Assembly: GCA_964187785.1 (NCBI GenBank)
Contig: OZ076410.1
Span: forward strand, 75,144,001-75,208,000
Reading direction: 5' to 3'
From: Amphiscolops sp. MND2022
Lineage: Eukaryota
DNA: 64,000 nt
Shown here: piece after piece, positions 36,298 to 47,650 of the stretch
Position numbering within the stretch: the first letter of the stretch is position 1
How the letters are laid out: every line of letters begins with the position of its first letter
The notes under the pieces: generated by a model
The model's input: only the letters and a program-made list of their open reading frames with translations
What the model was told of the DNA's origin: nothing
The model's database searches: none
Made by a program: the position numbers and the translations under genes

Positions 36298-37711
36298 TGT
36301 TGGCGCCAAACACTGAAAAATCACTAAACTTGAAAATTTTCACCTTCTTAGTTATTCATAAAATTGGTCATTACTGCTATTATTGAGCCCTAAGAGCTCC
36401 TATCAGTGCTGCTAATAAGATCCATGGGTATGTGTTGAAGACTTGTAATTTTACCTGTTAAAGTACCCATGTGGCCCTTAGACCTATGTAAGCCTTGAAA
36501 CAGTAATTCTCAAGGTCACGTAGAGATCAGCGATCTAGTTTTGTGGCGTCCCCGAATCATTTTGGCTGGACTATCAACCCACCAAGTTTCAGCCAAATCC
36601 CAGACAAAAAATTATTTTTTCTGGCCCTACGGCGCCGCTCCTCAGCTTAAACTCTAACACACAGATAATTGTAACTTTTTGGTGATTTTTGAGATACCTA
36701 TAATCGATGTTATTACTAAAGTGCTTTATACATGCTGTATACCTCCCAACGTGTGTTTTGGAATGTTTCGATTCACAACACGATGTTTGTAGTGTTGCGA
36801 AATAAATGTTATTTCGCCACAAAATTAGCATAATTCTCATATTTTAACAATATTTTCTATATCAAGTGCTGTTTTTTCATCTTCTTCTTACTTTATTGAT
36901 AAATTCAGTTCAGTAGACTGTAAAGGTTATTCATGGTTCATTCACCTGATAGTTTCACTTTGGTTTATATCTGAGCTTGGCAAAATGTAAAGATTTCATG
37001 TGTTTTGTAGTCAAATTTGATGTATTACATCGCCTGATTTGACTTCCGGTGCCTTATAAATGTCAAGATCGACTCCACCCACATATTGCGCGTGCTTCAG
37101 TTTAAGTTTTCCCAAATTTGGTGCCATATACCCCTCTGAAGCATCTTAATAATATTTTTGATAAATACTTAATGATTTATATCTTGAAACTATGTTCAAT
37201 TTTGATGATTTTCCATTCATCTGTTGAAAAGTTCAATAATCATAAATTGAACCTCACAGTCCTCAAACATAGTTCCCCCATGTGACTGGTGGTCATAAAC
37301 GCCCTAATCCCACCTTTTATTCACGCTTTATAACTTTAGAAATGCGAATGATGTTATTGTTTGTTATGCAAACAATGTGTTCTAATAGTTAGTTAGACGA
37401 ATTCTGAATTACGCTAGTGAACAGTTGATTAATAACTTGAGATTTAAATCATTCAATTCTTCACAGTCGAGCGCTGAAGACAGAATCTAGTCATAGCTTG
37501 GACTATTTTCACCAAGATTGTCTTGTTCGAAGAGGATTTGGAGATTGAAATTCTCAAAGTTAGGAATAGCTAGCTAGTGGAGCTATTTCAGACCAATTGG
37601 AATATACAGTCCTTTCAAATTCTAGAATCCTGCTTTACTAGTGGAAAGCAGGACGGACCAAGGACCGGCACAAGCTTGAATCCGTTGTTAAGATTTAAGT
37701 CAGCCGTTACA
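36298..37711 (+). repeat. BEL/Pao 5' LTR (1414 bp)
   Basis: TGTTGGCGCC...GCCGTTACA; matches the 3' LTR except two homopolymer-length differences seen by eye. Confidence 0.95.
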
Positions 37712-37713
37712 TT

Positions 37714-37730
37714 TGGTCCGCCGACCCGGA
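37714..37730 (+). promoter_or_regulatory. Primer-binding site (tRNA-Tyr-like)
   Basis: TGGTCCGCCGACCCGGA 2 nt after the LTR; implies a tRNA with G72/A73 (eukaryotic Tyr identity), similar to the TGGTCCTTCGAGCCGGA PBS of other BEL elements. Confidence 0.7.
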
Positions 37731-37894
37731 CACTGTCTGGAAGTTGAAGACGAGTTACAACTTTGAACCGATATTGTGGTAGTTTGGACGTTTGCGTCTG
37801 CCACATATCTTCATCATCGTGGTAGTTTGGACGTTTGCGTCTGCCACATATCTTCCACACTCATTGGACTTCGTGTTACGAGGACGTCAGGACG

Positions 37895-40800
37895 ATGAGT
37901 ACTCAGACTCAGATCGACTTTGATGTTTCATGGTACACGGATACCAAGCGCTCCAAAGACCTACGAAAATCGACGGATCTTGTCAAATGGAGAAATCATG
38001 CAGAAGCTTTACAAAAAACAAATTTGGATTTGAATGTCGTTGTGAAACAATTCGAAAAGGGGACAAAATGGCTGGAAGAAGGAAAACTCAGTGAATTGGG
38101 AAAATTGTACCATGAGTATCACGATCTGAGGGCTAGATTGACGGATTTGCACCAAGTTGGCAACGAGATGCTGAAGTCCAAAGCCGTAGATGAACAACGA
38201 CGTTTGCAGTCAACCGTGTATGTGCTACTAGACGACGCCTCGAAAAAATGGACCACAACGAACACTGGATTGTCTTGGCTTGGCCCAGTTTATACGCACC
38301 TAAAGCAGAAGTCTTCCTGTGTAATCTATTGTAAACATGAAGACAAATTCAATCAACTCATCGTTGAACTGAAGAAGACAACTTCGCAAATAGAAGACCA
38401 AATTGAAAATGGAGATCGGTCTGCAAAAATACGGACGTCAACACTTGGGTTTATCAACACCATGGAAGAAGCCAAGGATGTTTGTCGATACCAAAAGAGC
38501 TTGTTAAATGAGTCGGGAGCAATACAACGTCAAAACCTATACGAGGGATATGAAGTCAGTTGGCTGTCAGCATCCCAGAAATGGCTGAACTATTTGGAGG
38601 CTATAGAAAAGGGAGGTGCCCTGTCAGACAATGTTCAAGACCCTGTCGAAACTACTGAAACATCACTAATGATGACAAATAATGAGACAAGTGAGGCTGA
38701 AGATGGGAAGCAAGTAGAGAACCAGAATAACGTGGAAGGTAATGTTGCTTCTGCTAGCACTCAGGAAGAGGTGAAAGCGCCTCAAATACCTCCAGATGGA
38801 AATTCGAATGCTACTGGCGTAAGCGTGGTCTCACCTCGGAAACACCCTTTTAGAGGAGAAGTTCCCGCGGATGTTCTTGGGGCCTTAAATGTCACCCAAG
38901 GTTCGACCGCATCGTCACGGTCTTCTAGACGACGTTTGCAGTTGGAAGCTGAAATCGCGGAAGATGAATCTCGAGCCAAGATTGAAAAAAAGGAGCAAGA
39001 GTTGGAACTGCGACGCAAGCAGAGAAAAATGGAAATGGAACTTGAAGCCCAAAAAGAGGCTATGGAGCTTGCAGAGCTGAAACGAGAAGAGAAATTGTCC
39101 CTGAAGCTGAAGAAAATAGAGATTATGGATCAAGCATCTTTAAGGGGTAGCGGGTCTACCATCAGTGGATCGTTTCGCTCTCAGAATGTCAAAACGAGTA
39201 CATGGGTCAATTCTCCAAAGAATAAATTTGGCCCTCAGTCGGAGACAAAAGTCGAGGATGAACCTCAGGCGGCTTGCAACAGTGAAAGGCCATGCTCATC
39301 GAGGCACGCTGATGCTAAACTGGAACAGTCATTAAAGCAAAATGCACCCTCTACAACTACCACTGTCAAGCCAAAGAGGGAGCTGAAGTTCGATTCAACT
39401 GTGTTTGTGCCTAGTAATATAACTGTTGGTGTCGCCAAAGCCGCAGCGCCAAACCATGTGCTTGGATCAACGATGCAGCCAACCCCAACGCCGACCGCTT
39501 TGCCGTCTGTGTCAGTGCCGATGAAGTTGCCAAAAATGGTTCTGGACAAGTTCTCTGGAGACCCATTGGAATGGCCAGAATGGTCCGGTCAGTTCTTGGC
39601 CACTGTTGATCAAGCTGGAGTGGCCGACAGTGTAAAGATGAACTATCTCAAAACATTGGTAACTGGGAAAGCTAAAGCAGCTATTGAAGGCATGGGCTAC
39701 TCTGGACAAATGTACCATGTTGCTTGGCAGACTCTGGCACATGATTTTGGGCGACCTGAGTTGGTTGTAAATGCGCAACTGAGAAAGATTCATGCTTGTC
39801 CATTCATCAAACCGCATGATTCTTTAGAAATTGTGAAGTATTCTCAAGTGGTGTCTGGATGTGTCAATGTGCTCACCCAATTTGGATATGAAAGCGACAT
39901 TTCCTCGGAATCAGTGCTAAACAGCGCCGTCAGAAAGTCGCCAAATGAGCTCAAAAACAAGTGGATGACGTACTTGCAACGGTGCGACAGGAGCTACAAG
40001 AATATGCGAGTCTTCAGTGCATGGCTCAAGAACATTGCGCAAGTACAAGAGAACATACGCTTGCAATTTGGCTCTAGTGCTGACAAAGCGAAGTCAAACT
40101 TCACAAAAGACAAGATGAAGAACACGAGCTTTGCAGCAACAAGTGATTCTGGCTCACCAACGAAGACGCAGTGCCCTCTGAAAGACGGAGAACACAAAAT
40201 ATGGCAGTATGATGCCTTCAAGAAGATGAAGTTGTCCGAAAGACACGATGCCGTCAAGAAATGCAATTTGTGCTTTTCTTGTCTGGGCTCTGGTCACAGG
40301 ATTGGTCAGTGTAAAGCCAATCGAACGTGTGGCAAAGATGGATGTAGCAAGCGGCATAACAGACTCTTGCACGGTGACGACAACAAACCTAAGTCTCAAA
40401 AGGAAAACAGTAGGAGCAATGAGACAACCAATGCCGATGCAGTGATGACAGCAAACGCGTGTACTGGGAGTTTGCAAATTGTTCCAATCACGCTCTCGCA
40501 TGGGAACACATCAATTGAAACGATGGCCATTTGTGACACTGGGTCGACGCTCTCATTTGTAGACAAGGACATCAGAGACCAGTTGGATGTCCAAGGAAAG
40601 GCCCTGACACTGAACATTGCCGGCATTAACGGAACAAAACAGATGGCCAGCGAGAAAGTGAGAATCAAGGTCACAACTCCGAATGTGTCGGAGTTGGTGA
40701 TGTTCCACGTTCACCCCTCAATGAACCTTGGGAACAAGTGTTATGACTATAACAACTTGAAAAGAAAGTACAGCCATTTAGATGTTTTGCCCGATAACAG

Positions 40801-43800
40801 TATGGATCTGAAGAAAGTCAAAGTGGTCGTGGGGCAAGACAATTATCATTTGCTTTTTCCTGTTGAGTATAGGAAAGGCAAACGGAATGAACCCTGGGCT
40901 GTCAAAACAAAACTTGGATGGACGTTAAGTGGCCCACTACCAAAACATGAAGTGGCGCAGGTAGCAGCGACAAGCTATGTTGCATGTGAAGACGAGCTGG
41001 GAAAGCAATTGAAGTCCTGGTTCAGCATGGAGTCATACGCTACACAAGTGAATGTCAGTGGACGTTCAAGAGAAGACAAAAGGGCTCTTGAGCAACTAGA
41101 GAAGACAACAAGACTTGTTGATGGTGGCTACGAAGTTGGGCTACCGTGGGCAGAAGACAATGCGACTATTGAAAACAACTACTTCTTGGCACATTCGCAG
41201 TTCTGTTCATTGGAAAGAAGACTCGAGAAAGACGAGCCCCTCAAGCAACGTTATGAAGAGACTATTAATGTGGACCTGCAGAATGGCTATGTTCGTAAGC
41301 TAGACGAAAAGGAGCTGGATGAAACCAAAGACGAAAGACAGTGGTATGTGCCGCATCATCCAGTTATAAACCCCCACAAACCCGAAAAGGTCAGACGCGT
41401 ATGCAACGCAGCAGCTAAATACAAGGGAGAGTCGCTGAATGACAAGCTCCTGGCAGGTCCTGACTTGCTACAAAGTCTAGTGGGAATCATTTTCAGATTC
41501 AGAGAACATCAAATTGCCTTGACAGCGGACATAGAAGCTATGTTCCTGCAAGTGAAAGTGCCACCACAAGAGTGTCGCGTGCTACGATTCTTATGGAGAA
41601 ACGACCCTCAGGACAAGATTGGCGTCTACGAGTATACAAGGCACGTCTTTGGTGCCAAAAGTAGTCCGACATGTGCAAACTATGCTCTTCTCCAAGCCGG
41701 CATAGACAACAGAGAGAGGCATCCAATAGCTGCAAAGGCCATCAAAAGAAACTTCTACATGGATGACTTTGCAAAATCTGTGGCCACAGTGGAAGAAGCT
41801 GTGCATGTCTACCAGGATGTAAGAATGACTCTTGAAAAAGGGGGGTTTCAATTGCTGAAGTGGATTTGCAACAATGAAGTGGTCACGAGAAGCATTCCCG
41901 AGCAGGATAGGTCGGAGGCAAAAAGCAAAACGTTTGAAGCAGAGCCTCATACTTCATCACTTCTGGGCATGCAATGGAATATGGACAATGACACCCTGGA
42001 AGTGTGTCGTGGTGCTGACAAAGAAGTACCCAACAAAATAACCCAACGAGCAGTGCTTTCGTTTGTAGCATCAGTGTTTGACCCGCTAGGACTCTTTGCA
42101 CCGTTCACGATGAGAATGCGCGTCCTATTAAAGACAATCTGGGCGAAGAGCGGGCAACAGTGGGATGACAACATTGAAAAAGAAGAGGAACAGCAGTTCC
42201 TGGATTGGGCTAAAGAACTAGCGGAGTTGAAAAACATGCCCTTGAGGAGACGATATTTTGACAAATGCTACAAGAAAATAGATTTGCATATTTTCTCAGA
42301 TGCCTCTCTGGAGTCAATGTGTATTGTGGCTTACCTGCGAGCAGAAGACGATGATGGAGTGGAATTGTCCTTCGTCATTGGGAAGTGCAGAATTGCTCCA
42401 ATGAAGCAGCAGACGATCCCGAAGTTGGAGTTGCAAGCAGCACTCTACTCGGTGAGATTGAGGCAGTTGATCACAGAGGACCATGACATCCAGATTCAGA
42501 CAGTGACACACTGGACAGACTCTATGACGGTTCTCCAATGGCTACACTCTGCACATAAAAGACAGCAGGTGTTCGTGGCCAACCGAGTCGGAGAAATATT
42601 GGATCAGTCTACTGTGGACGAATGGAGGCATGTGAAGGGCACAATGAACCCCGCAGACATTGGCACAAGAGGGGTCACAGTGTCACAGTTGCTTGAAAGC
42701 GAATGGCTAAATGGGCCGGCCTGGCTTAGACAGAACCCAGGAAGCTGGCCAGAGCAAGCGAAGCTGTTGGATGAAAACGACATTGTTTTGATGACTAATC
42801 CAACGGAGAGCGTCATAGATTGGTCAAGATTCAGTAAATACAAGAGAATGATTAACGCGGTTGTTTACTGTCTTAGACTTAGATCAAAACAACGTGGCGT
42901 TGTGACAGCATTGGAGAGACAGAAGGTCGAGTTATTGATCTTGCAAATGGCTCAACGCGAAAGTTTTGCTGAATTATTCAGTAAACTTCAAGACAACAGT
43001 GATGAGAGAGTGAAGCATGACTTGGCAAAACTTTCCCCATTTGTTGACAGTGACAACACAATACGGTTGAAGGGTCGATTGAGCAAAGCAACAATTAGTG
43101 ATGATTTGAAACATCCAATTCTACTTTCAGCCAAGCATCCCGCAGTGGTTCTAATGTTGATACAAATGCATGAAGACAACCACCATGAGGGAACAGAGTA
43201 TGTGAGAAGCCTGGTTCAACAACGACTTTGGGTTATTGGACTACGAAATGCTTTGCGCAGCATCAAATCTAAGTGTGTCAAATGCAGAAAGCAGGCAGTG
43301 CGACCGATTCACCCTCACATGGCTGATTTACCAAAGGAACGAGTGGAGCGTAATATATATCCTTTCAAGAACACTGGGGTAGATTACTTTGGCCCATTTG
43401 AAGTTACCGTTCTGCGTAGACCAGTGAAACACTGGTGTTGTTTATTTACATGTTTGGTCACTAGAGCGGTTCACATAGAAGTGGTCAATGGCCTGGACAC
43501 TGATGCATGCATGATGGCGATCACTAGATTCATGGCTAGACGTGGCAAACCCCAAACAATCATCAGTGATAATGGAACTAACTTTGTTGGAGCTGCTCGG
43601 GAATTTAGAGAGTGCCTCAATGAAAGGGATCGTGATGCCCTGTGTAAGCGCCTGGCCAATTCACGAGTTATTTGGAAGTTCAATCCCCCTGGAGCTCCGC
43701 ATTTTGGTGGAATTTGGGAGAGATTAGTACGTAGCTGCAAGAAAGCTATGTTCGCGATTCTTGGAAATCGACGACTGACTTTGCCCGTGTTGACAACTAC

Positions 43801-44302
43801 AATGTGTTTGGTTGAGCAAACATTGAATGCCAGACCATTGACGCCTGTGAGTGACGATCCGGAAGATCTAGAAGCACTGACGCCGAATCACTTTCTGTTG
43901 GGACGACCTGTGCTGGCAGAACCGCTGATGCCAGATTCGGTCAGATACGTGGACTGTCGCAAAATGTACAAAGTGGCTCAGGCATACAATCAGATGATCT
44001 GGAACAGATGGACGAAAGAGTACCTTCCGAAGTGGAATGTGCGATCTAAATGGGCTACTGACGACGAACGTGTGCTGAAAGTTGGAGATCTGGTATGGCT
44101 GATCGACGACTCAGTTCGACGACATGAGAACAAGATGGCTCGAGTGACTGAGGTGTTCCCTGGAGCTGATGGCGTCATTCGATCAGCATTGATCAGGACG
44201 AGCGATGGAGTCCTTCGAAGACCGGCAGTGAAGTTGGCGCCAGTCTTCTATGAGTGTTTTCGAGATGAAAACAGGGCCGGCGATGTTGGCGCCAAACACT
44301 GA
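37895..44302 (+). CDS. BEL/Pao Gag-Pol polyprotein, 2135 aa from first ATG
   Basis: DUF1759-type Gag (KLPKMVLDKFSGDPLEWPEW), three knuckles, ICDTGS protease, FYMDD RT, FSDAS/ELQAA RNase H, HEDNHH..CVKC, GVDYFGP, SDNGTNF, GGIWERLV integrase, W..EYL C-terminal domain. Stop lies inside the 3' LTR. Confidence 0.95.
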   Translation: MSTQTQIDFDVSWYTDTKRSKDLRKSTDLVKWRNHAEALQKTNLDLNVVVKQFEKGTKWLEEGKLSELGKLYHEYHDLRARLTDLHQVGNEMLKSKAVDEQRRLQSTVYVLLDDASKKWTTTNTGLSWLGPVYTHLKQKSSCVIYCKHEDKFNQLIVELKKTTSQIEDQIENGDRSAKIRTSTLGFINTMEEAKDVCRYQKSLLNESGAIQRQNLYEGYEVSWLSASQKWLNYLEAIEKGGALSDNVQDPVETTETSLMMTNNETSEAEDGKQVENQNNVEGNVASASTQEEVKAPQIPPDGNSNATGVSVVSPRKHPFRGEVPADVLGALNVTQGSTASSRSSRRRLQLEAEIAEDESRAKIEKKEQELELRRKQRKMEMELEAQKEAMELAELKREEKLSLKLKKIEIMDQASLRGSGSTISGSFRSQNVKTSTWVNSPKNKFGPQSETKVEDEPQAACNSERPCSSRHADAKLEQSLKQNAPSTTTTVKPKRELKFDSTVFVPSNITVGVAKAAAPNHVLGSTMQPTPTPTALPSVSVPMKLPKMVLDKFSGDPLEWPEWSGQFLATVDQAGVADSVKMNYLKTLVTGKAKAAIEGMGYSGQMYHVAWQTLAHDFGRPELVVNAQLRKIHACPFIKPHDSLEIVKYSQVVSGCVNVLTQFGYESDISSESVLNSAVRKSPNELKNKWMTYLQRCDRSYKNMRVFSAWLKNIAQVQENIRLQFGSSADKAKSNFTKDKMKNTSFAATSDSGSPTKTQCPLKDGEHKIWQYDAFKKMKLSERHDAVKKCNLCFSCLGSGHRIGQCKANRTCGKDGCSKRHNRLLHGDDNKPKSQKENSRSNETTNADAVMTANACTGSLQIVPITLSHGNTSIETMAICDTGSTLSFVDKDIRDQLDVQGKALTLNIAGINGTKQMASEKVRIKVTTPNVSELVMFHVHPSMNLGNKCYDYNNLKRKYSHLDVLPDNSMDLKKVKVVVGQDNYHLLFPVEYRKGKRNEPWAVKTKLGWTLSGPLPKHEVAQVAATSYVACEDELGKQLKSWFSMESYATQVNVSGRSREDKRALEQLEKTTRLVDGGYEVGLPWAEDNATIENNYFLAHSQFCSLERRLEKDEPLKQRYEETINVDLQNGYVRKLDEKELDETKDERQWYVPHHPVINPHKPEKVRRVCNAAAKYKGESLNDKLLAGPDLLQSLVGIIFRFREHQIALTADIEAMFLQVKVPPQECRVLRFLWRNDPQDKIGVYEYTRHVFGAKSSPTCANYALLQAGIDNRERHPIAAKAIKRNFYMDDFAKSVATVEEAVHVYQDVRMTLEKGGFQLLKWICNNEVVTRSIPEQDRSEAKSKTFEAEPHTSSLLGMQWNMDNDTLEVCRGADKEVPNKITQRAVLSFVASVFDPLGLFAPFTMRMRVLLKTIWAKSGQQWDDNIEKEEEQQFLDWAKELAELKNMPLRRRYFDKCYKKIDLHIFSDASLESMCIVAYLRAEDDDGVELSFVIGKCRIAPMKQQTIPKLELQAALYSVRLRQLITEDHDIQIQTVTHWTDSMTVLQWLHSAHKRQQVFVANRVGEILDQSTVDEWRHVKGTMNPADIGTRGVTVSQLLESEWLNGPAWLRQNPGSWPEQAKLLDENDIVLMTNPTESVIDWSRFSKYKRMINAVVYCLRLRSKQRGVVTALERQKVELLILQMAQRESFAELFSKLQDNSDERVKHDLAKLSPFVDSDNTIRLKGRLSKATISDDLKHPILLSAKHPAVVLMLIQMHEDNHHEGTEYVRSLVQQRLWVIGLRNALRSIKSKCVKCRKQAVRPIHPHMADLPKERVERNIYPFKNTGVDYFGPFEVTVLRRPVKHWCCLFTCLVTRAVHIEVVNGLDTDACMMAITRFMARRGKPQTIISDNGTNFVGAAREFRECLNERDRDALCKRLANSRVIWKFNPPGAPHFGGIWERLVRSCKKAMFAILGNRRLTLPVLTTTMCLVEQTLNARPLTPVSDDPEDLEALTPNHFLLGRPVLAEPLMPDSVRYVDCRKMYKVAQAYNQMIWNRWTKEYLPKWNVRSKWATDDERVLKVGDLVWLIDDSVRRHENKMARVTEVFPGADGVIRSALIRTSDGVLRRPAVKLAPVFYECFRDENRAGDVGAKH
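44267..44283 (+). promoter_or_regulatory. Polypurine-tract equivalent
   Basis: GAAAACAGGGCCGGCGA directly before the 3' LTR. Confidence 0.6.
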
Positions 44303-45699
44303 AAAATCACTAAACTTGAAAATTTTTCACCTTCTTAGTTATTCATAAAATTGGTCATTACTGCTATTATTGAGCCCTAAGAGCTCCTATCAGTGCTGCT
44401 AATAAGATCCATGGGTATGTGTTGAAGACTTGTAATTTTACCTGTTAAAGTACCCATGTGGCCCTTAGACCTATGTAAGCCTTGAAACAGTAATTCTCAA
44501 GGTCACGTAGAGATCAGCGATCTAGTTTTGTGGCGTCCCCGAATCATTTTGGCTGGACTATCAACCCACCAAGTTTCAGCCAAATCCCAGACAAAAAATT
44601 ATTTTTTCTGGCCCTACGGCGCCGCTCCTCAGCTTAAACTCTAACACACAGATAATTGTAACTTTTTGGTGATTTTTGAGATACCTATAATCGATGTTAT
44701 TACTAAAGTGCTTTATACATGCTGTATACCTCCCAACGTGTGTTTTGGAATGTTTCGATTCACAACACGATGTTTGTAGTGTTGCGAAATAAATGTTATT
44801 TCGCCACAAAATTAGCATAATTCTCATATTTTAACAATATTTTCTATATCAAGTGCTGTTTTTTCATCTTCTTCTTACTTTATTGATAAATTCAGTTCAG
44901 TAGACTGTAAAGGTTATTCATGGTTCATTCACCTGATAGTTTCACTTTGGTTTATATCTGAGCTTGGCAAAAATGTAAAGATTTCATGTGTTTTGTAGTC
45001 AAATTTGATGTATTACATCGCCTGATTTGACTTCCGGTGCCTTATAAATGTCAAGATCGACTCCACCCACATATTGCGCGTGCTTCAGTTTAAGTTTTCC
45101 CAAATTTGGTGCCATATACCCCTCTGAAGCATCTTAATAATATTTTTGATAAATACTTAATGATTTATATCTTGAAACTATGTTCAATTTTGATGATTTT
45201 CCATTCATCTGTTGAAAAGTTCAATAATCATAAATTGAACCTCACAGTCCTCAAACATAGTTCCCCCATGTGACTGGTGGTCATAAACGCCCTAATCCCA
45301 CCTTTTATTCACGCTTTATAACTTTAGAAATGCGAATGATGTTATTGTTTGTTATGCAAACAATGTGTTCTAATAGTTAGTTAGACGAATTCTGAATTAC
45401 GCTAGTGAACAGTTGATTAATAACTTGAGATTTAAATCATTCAATTCTTCACAGTCGAGCGCTGAAGACAGAATCTAGTCATAGCTTGGACTATTTTCAC
45501 CAAGATTGTCTTGTTCGAAGAGGATTTGGAGATTGAAATTCTCAAAGTTAGGAATAGCTAGCTAGTGGAGCTATTTCAGACCAATTGGAATATACAGTCC
45601 TTTCAAATTCTAGAATCCTGCTTTACTAGTGGAAAGCAGGACGGACCAAGGACCGGCACAAGCTTGAATCCGTTGTTAAGATTTAAGTCAGCCGTTACA
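44284..45699 (+). repeat. BEL/Pao 3' LTR (1416 bp)
   Basis: Near-identical direct repeat of 36298-37711. Confidence 0.95.
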
Positions 45700-46158
45700 A
45701 TCTCAGAACTCACCCAATAGTCCAATTAACACCGTCCAAGTAAACAAAACTGCCGTACATAACCTCGGGAACATACTTAGGATCCCCCTCTGGCTAGCTG
45801 ATACTTTTAATTTATTTAAGCCATTGAATGCAATGAACCTGCTCGAAAATTAAACAGAAACTGCATGAATATAGTCAGAAACTTGAAAGTTCAGATTCCC
45901 AAAACACTACCAAGAGTACACACAAGTTGCATTTAAACGAAGATTTTGAAATTTTTCGAAGTTTCGACCCACTCGGAGTCATTGTGAAGTTTTGAAGCGA
46001 AACTCTGCAAGTTTCTTTTCAAAAAGGCGTACAGCACAGCTCGTTTTTTCATTTTGGACAAATTCTGAACTTCTAATTTATTGAGTTTTTCGAAGTTGTA
46101 CAGAATTTTATTACAAAACAAACATTACAGTGCAAAAGCAAGCAATTTTGCTGCTTGT

Positions 46159-46270
46159 CGTGGAATCCGGGACACGAAAATTGAGAAGAGTGGTGGAATC
46201 CTGGACAAAATTTCCCTTTGATATTGGGCGTGTCTTGGATTCCACAACAGTGCTTGTCCTGGATTCCACG
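46159..46270. repeat. Palindromic GTGGAATCCGGGAC cluster (MITE-like); more motifs at ~46741-46830
   Basis: Two forward and two reverse-complement copies of GTGGAATCC(G/T)GGACA within 112 bp. Confidence 0.6.
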
Positions 46271-47039
46271 CCAATACTGCTGCTATAATGACGCTTTTGC
46301 CGCTGCTCTCTGATTGGTCCGCTGATTATCAGTGATCATTATTGGAAAGGCAGAAGAACCTAAATTAAATCAAATTTATATCAATGGAATTTGTTTTGAT
46401 TGACACGAAGAATCCCAAAGTACGAATAGTGATACTCATGACTGGTACCAAAATTGCAACATGTCACCAAATAATGGCAGATTGTGATGATCTGGCAGTT
46501 TGTTCAAAACTGGTACTAAACTTTGAAAAATACGAATATTTGTGTAATATTGGTGTGTTAGTTTGAATCATTTTGAATTAATATACGAAAAGTAGTGCAT
46601 AATATTAAGTTTGTTCATTCTTCCACTTGAATTTAATTCAAGAAGAGATGCCGCGTATCGCGTCAAGCATAAAGTCGTGGCATCCAGGATTTTTATGATT
46701 TCTGCAATCTGATTGGTTCGTTTTGTAAAACTTACGTTTTTGTGGAATCCGGGACGAAGCGGCATGCCGACAGTGCGTACAGCTAAGAGTTTTTCACTGG
46801 AATCCACGACAAAATCCGTGGAATCCGGGATTTATAACGTAATTTGCTAATGTTGCACGGTTAAAAGTATGGTCGTAGAATCCGAGGTATTGAGAGCACA
46901 AAATTGCGCTTTGAGCAAATTTAGTTTGCCTATTCACTCTAATGAAAACTTGAAAGTTTTGGTTTTTCGACTTTCTACGTCTACTTGAAGCCTTTTTCTT
47001 ATTTGAACTAAATTCGACTCCTGAAAAAATCCTTCTGGA

Positions 47040-47650
47040 CAACGAATTCTTACCTTGTTTGGCAGTTTCAACATTCTGGTCCACGAAGTCTGTCGATAAT
47101 TCGACAGAATCGAGTGAGAGTGAAAATCGGAAAATTTTGGATTTTTGTCATTTTCGGTGTCAATTCGAGACATTTTTCTTTTGAAAAAGTGCATTCATCT
47201 CTTCACTAAGCCTACTAAACAACAAGTTCTTTCCTTGTTGACCGTTTCAACATTCTAACCTTCGAAATCTGTCGCAAACTTGACAAAAATTGGATAAAAA
47301 ATTATGAAAACCAGAAAAATTTTTGATTTTTCGTCTTTTCCATACCTGTTTGAGTTATTTTTCACTAAAAAACTTCTATTGTCTTATTCTAAAAGTCTAC
47401 TAGAAAACGAGTACCTGCCTTGTTGAACGTTTTCATTTTTCTAATCCATGAAAAATTTCGAAAATTTGACAAAAAGTGCAGTAAATCGTGGAAATTCAGA
47501 AACTTTTTCTGTAATTCCGGTCTCAATGTATTTTTCTATGACAAATCAGTCTTTTTACTCCAGAAGCCTCCTAGACAACAAATTCCTTCCTTGGTGAACG
47601 TTTTTAACATTCTAAGCTACCAAGTCTATCGAAAATTTGACAAAAAGCCC
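47040..47650 (+). repeat. Degenerate ~180-bp tandem repeat, 4 units
   Basis: CCTTG(T/G)TGA(A/C)CGTTT..ACATTCTAA...CGAAAATTTGACAAAA recurs near 47045, 47228, 47413 and 47583. Confidence 0.55.

Larger units (their letters stand above)
36298..45699 (+). mobile_element. Full-length, apparently intact BEL/Pao LTR retrotransposon
   Basis: TG...CA LTRs 36298-37711 and 44284-45699; perfect 5-bp TSD ATCTC (36293-36297 / 45700-45704); PBS, PPT and a single uninterrupted polyprotein. Confidence 0.97.

Noticed and set aside
36589-36840. 83-aa minus-strand ORF present twice (also 44576-44827)
   Set aside because: The duplication is explained by the LTRs; there is no recognisable domain.
38009-44178. Numerous 60-120-aa antisense and alternate-frame ORFs in the BEL element, and likewise in the gypsy and env regions
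   Set aside because: Expected shadow ORFs of long coding sequences; no motifs.
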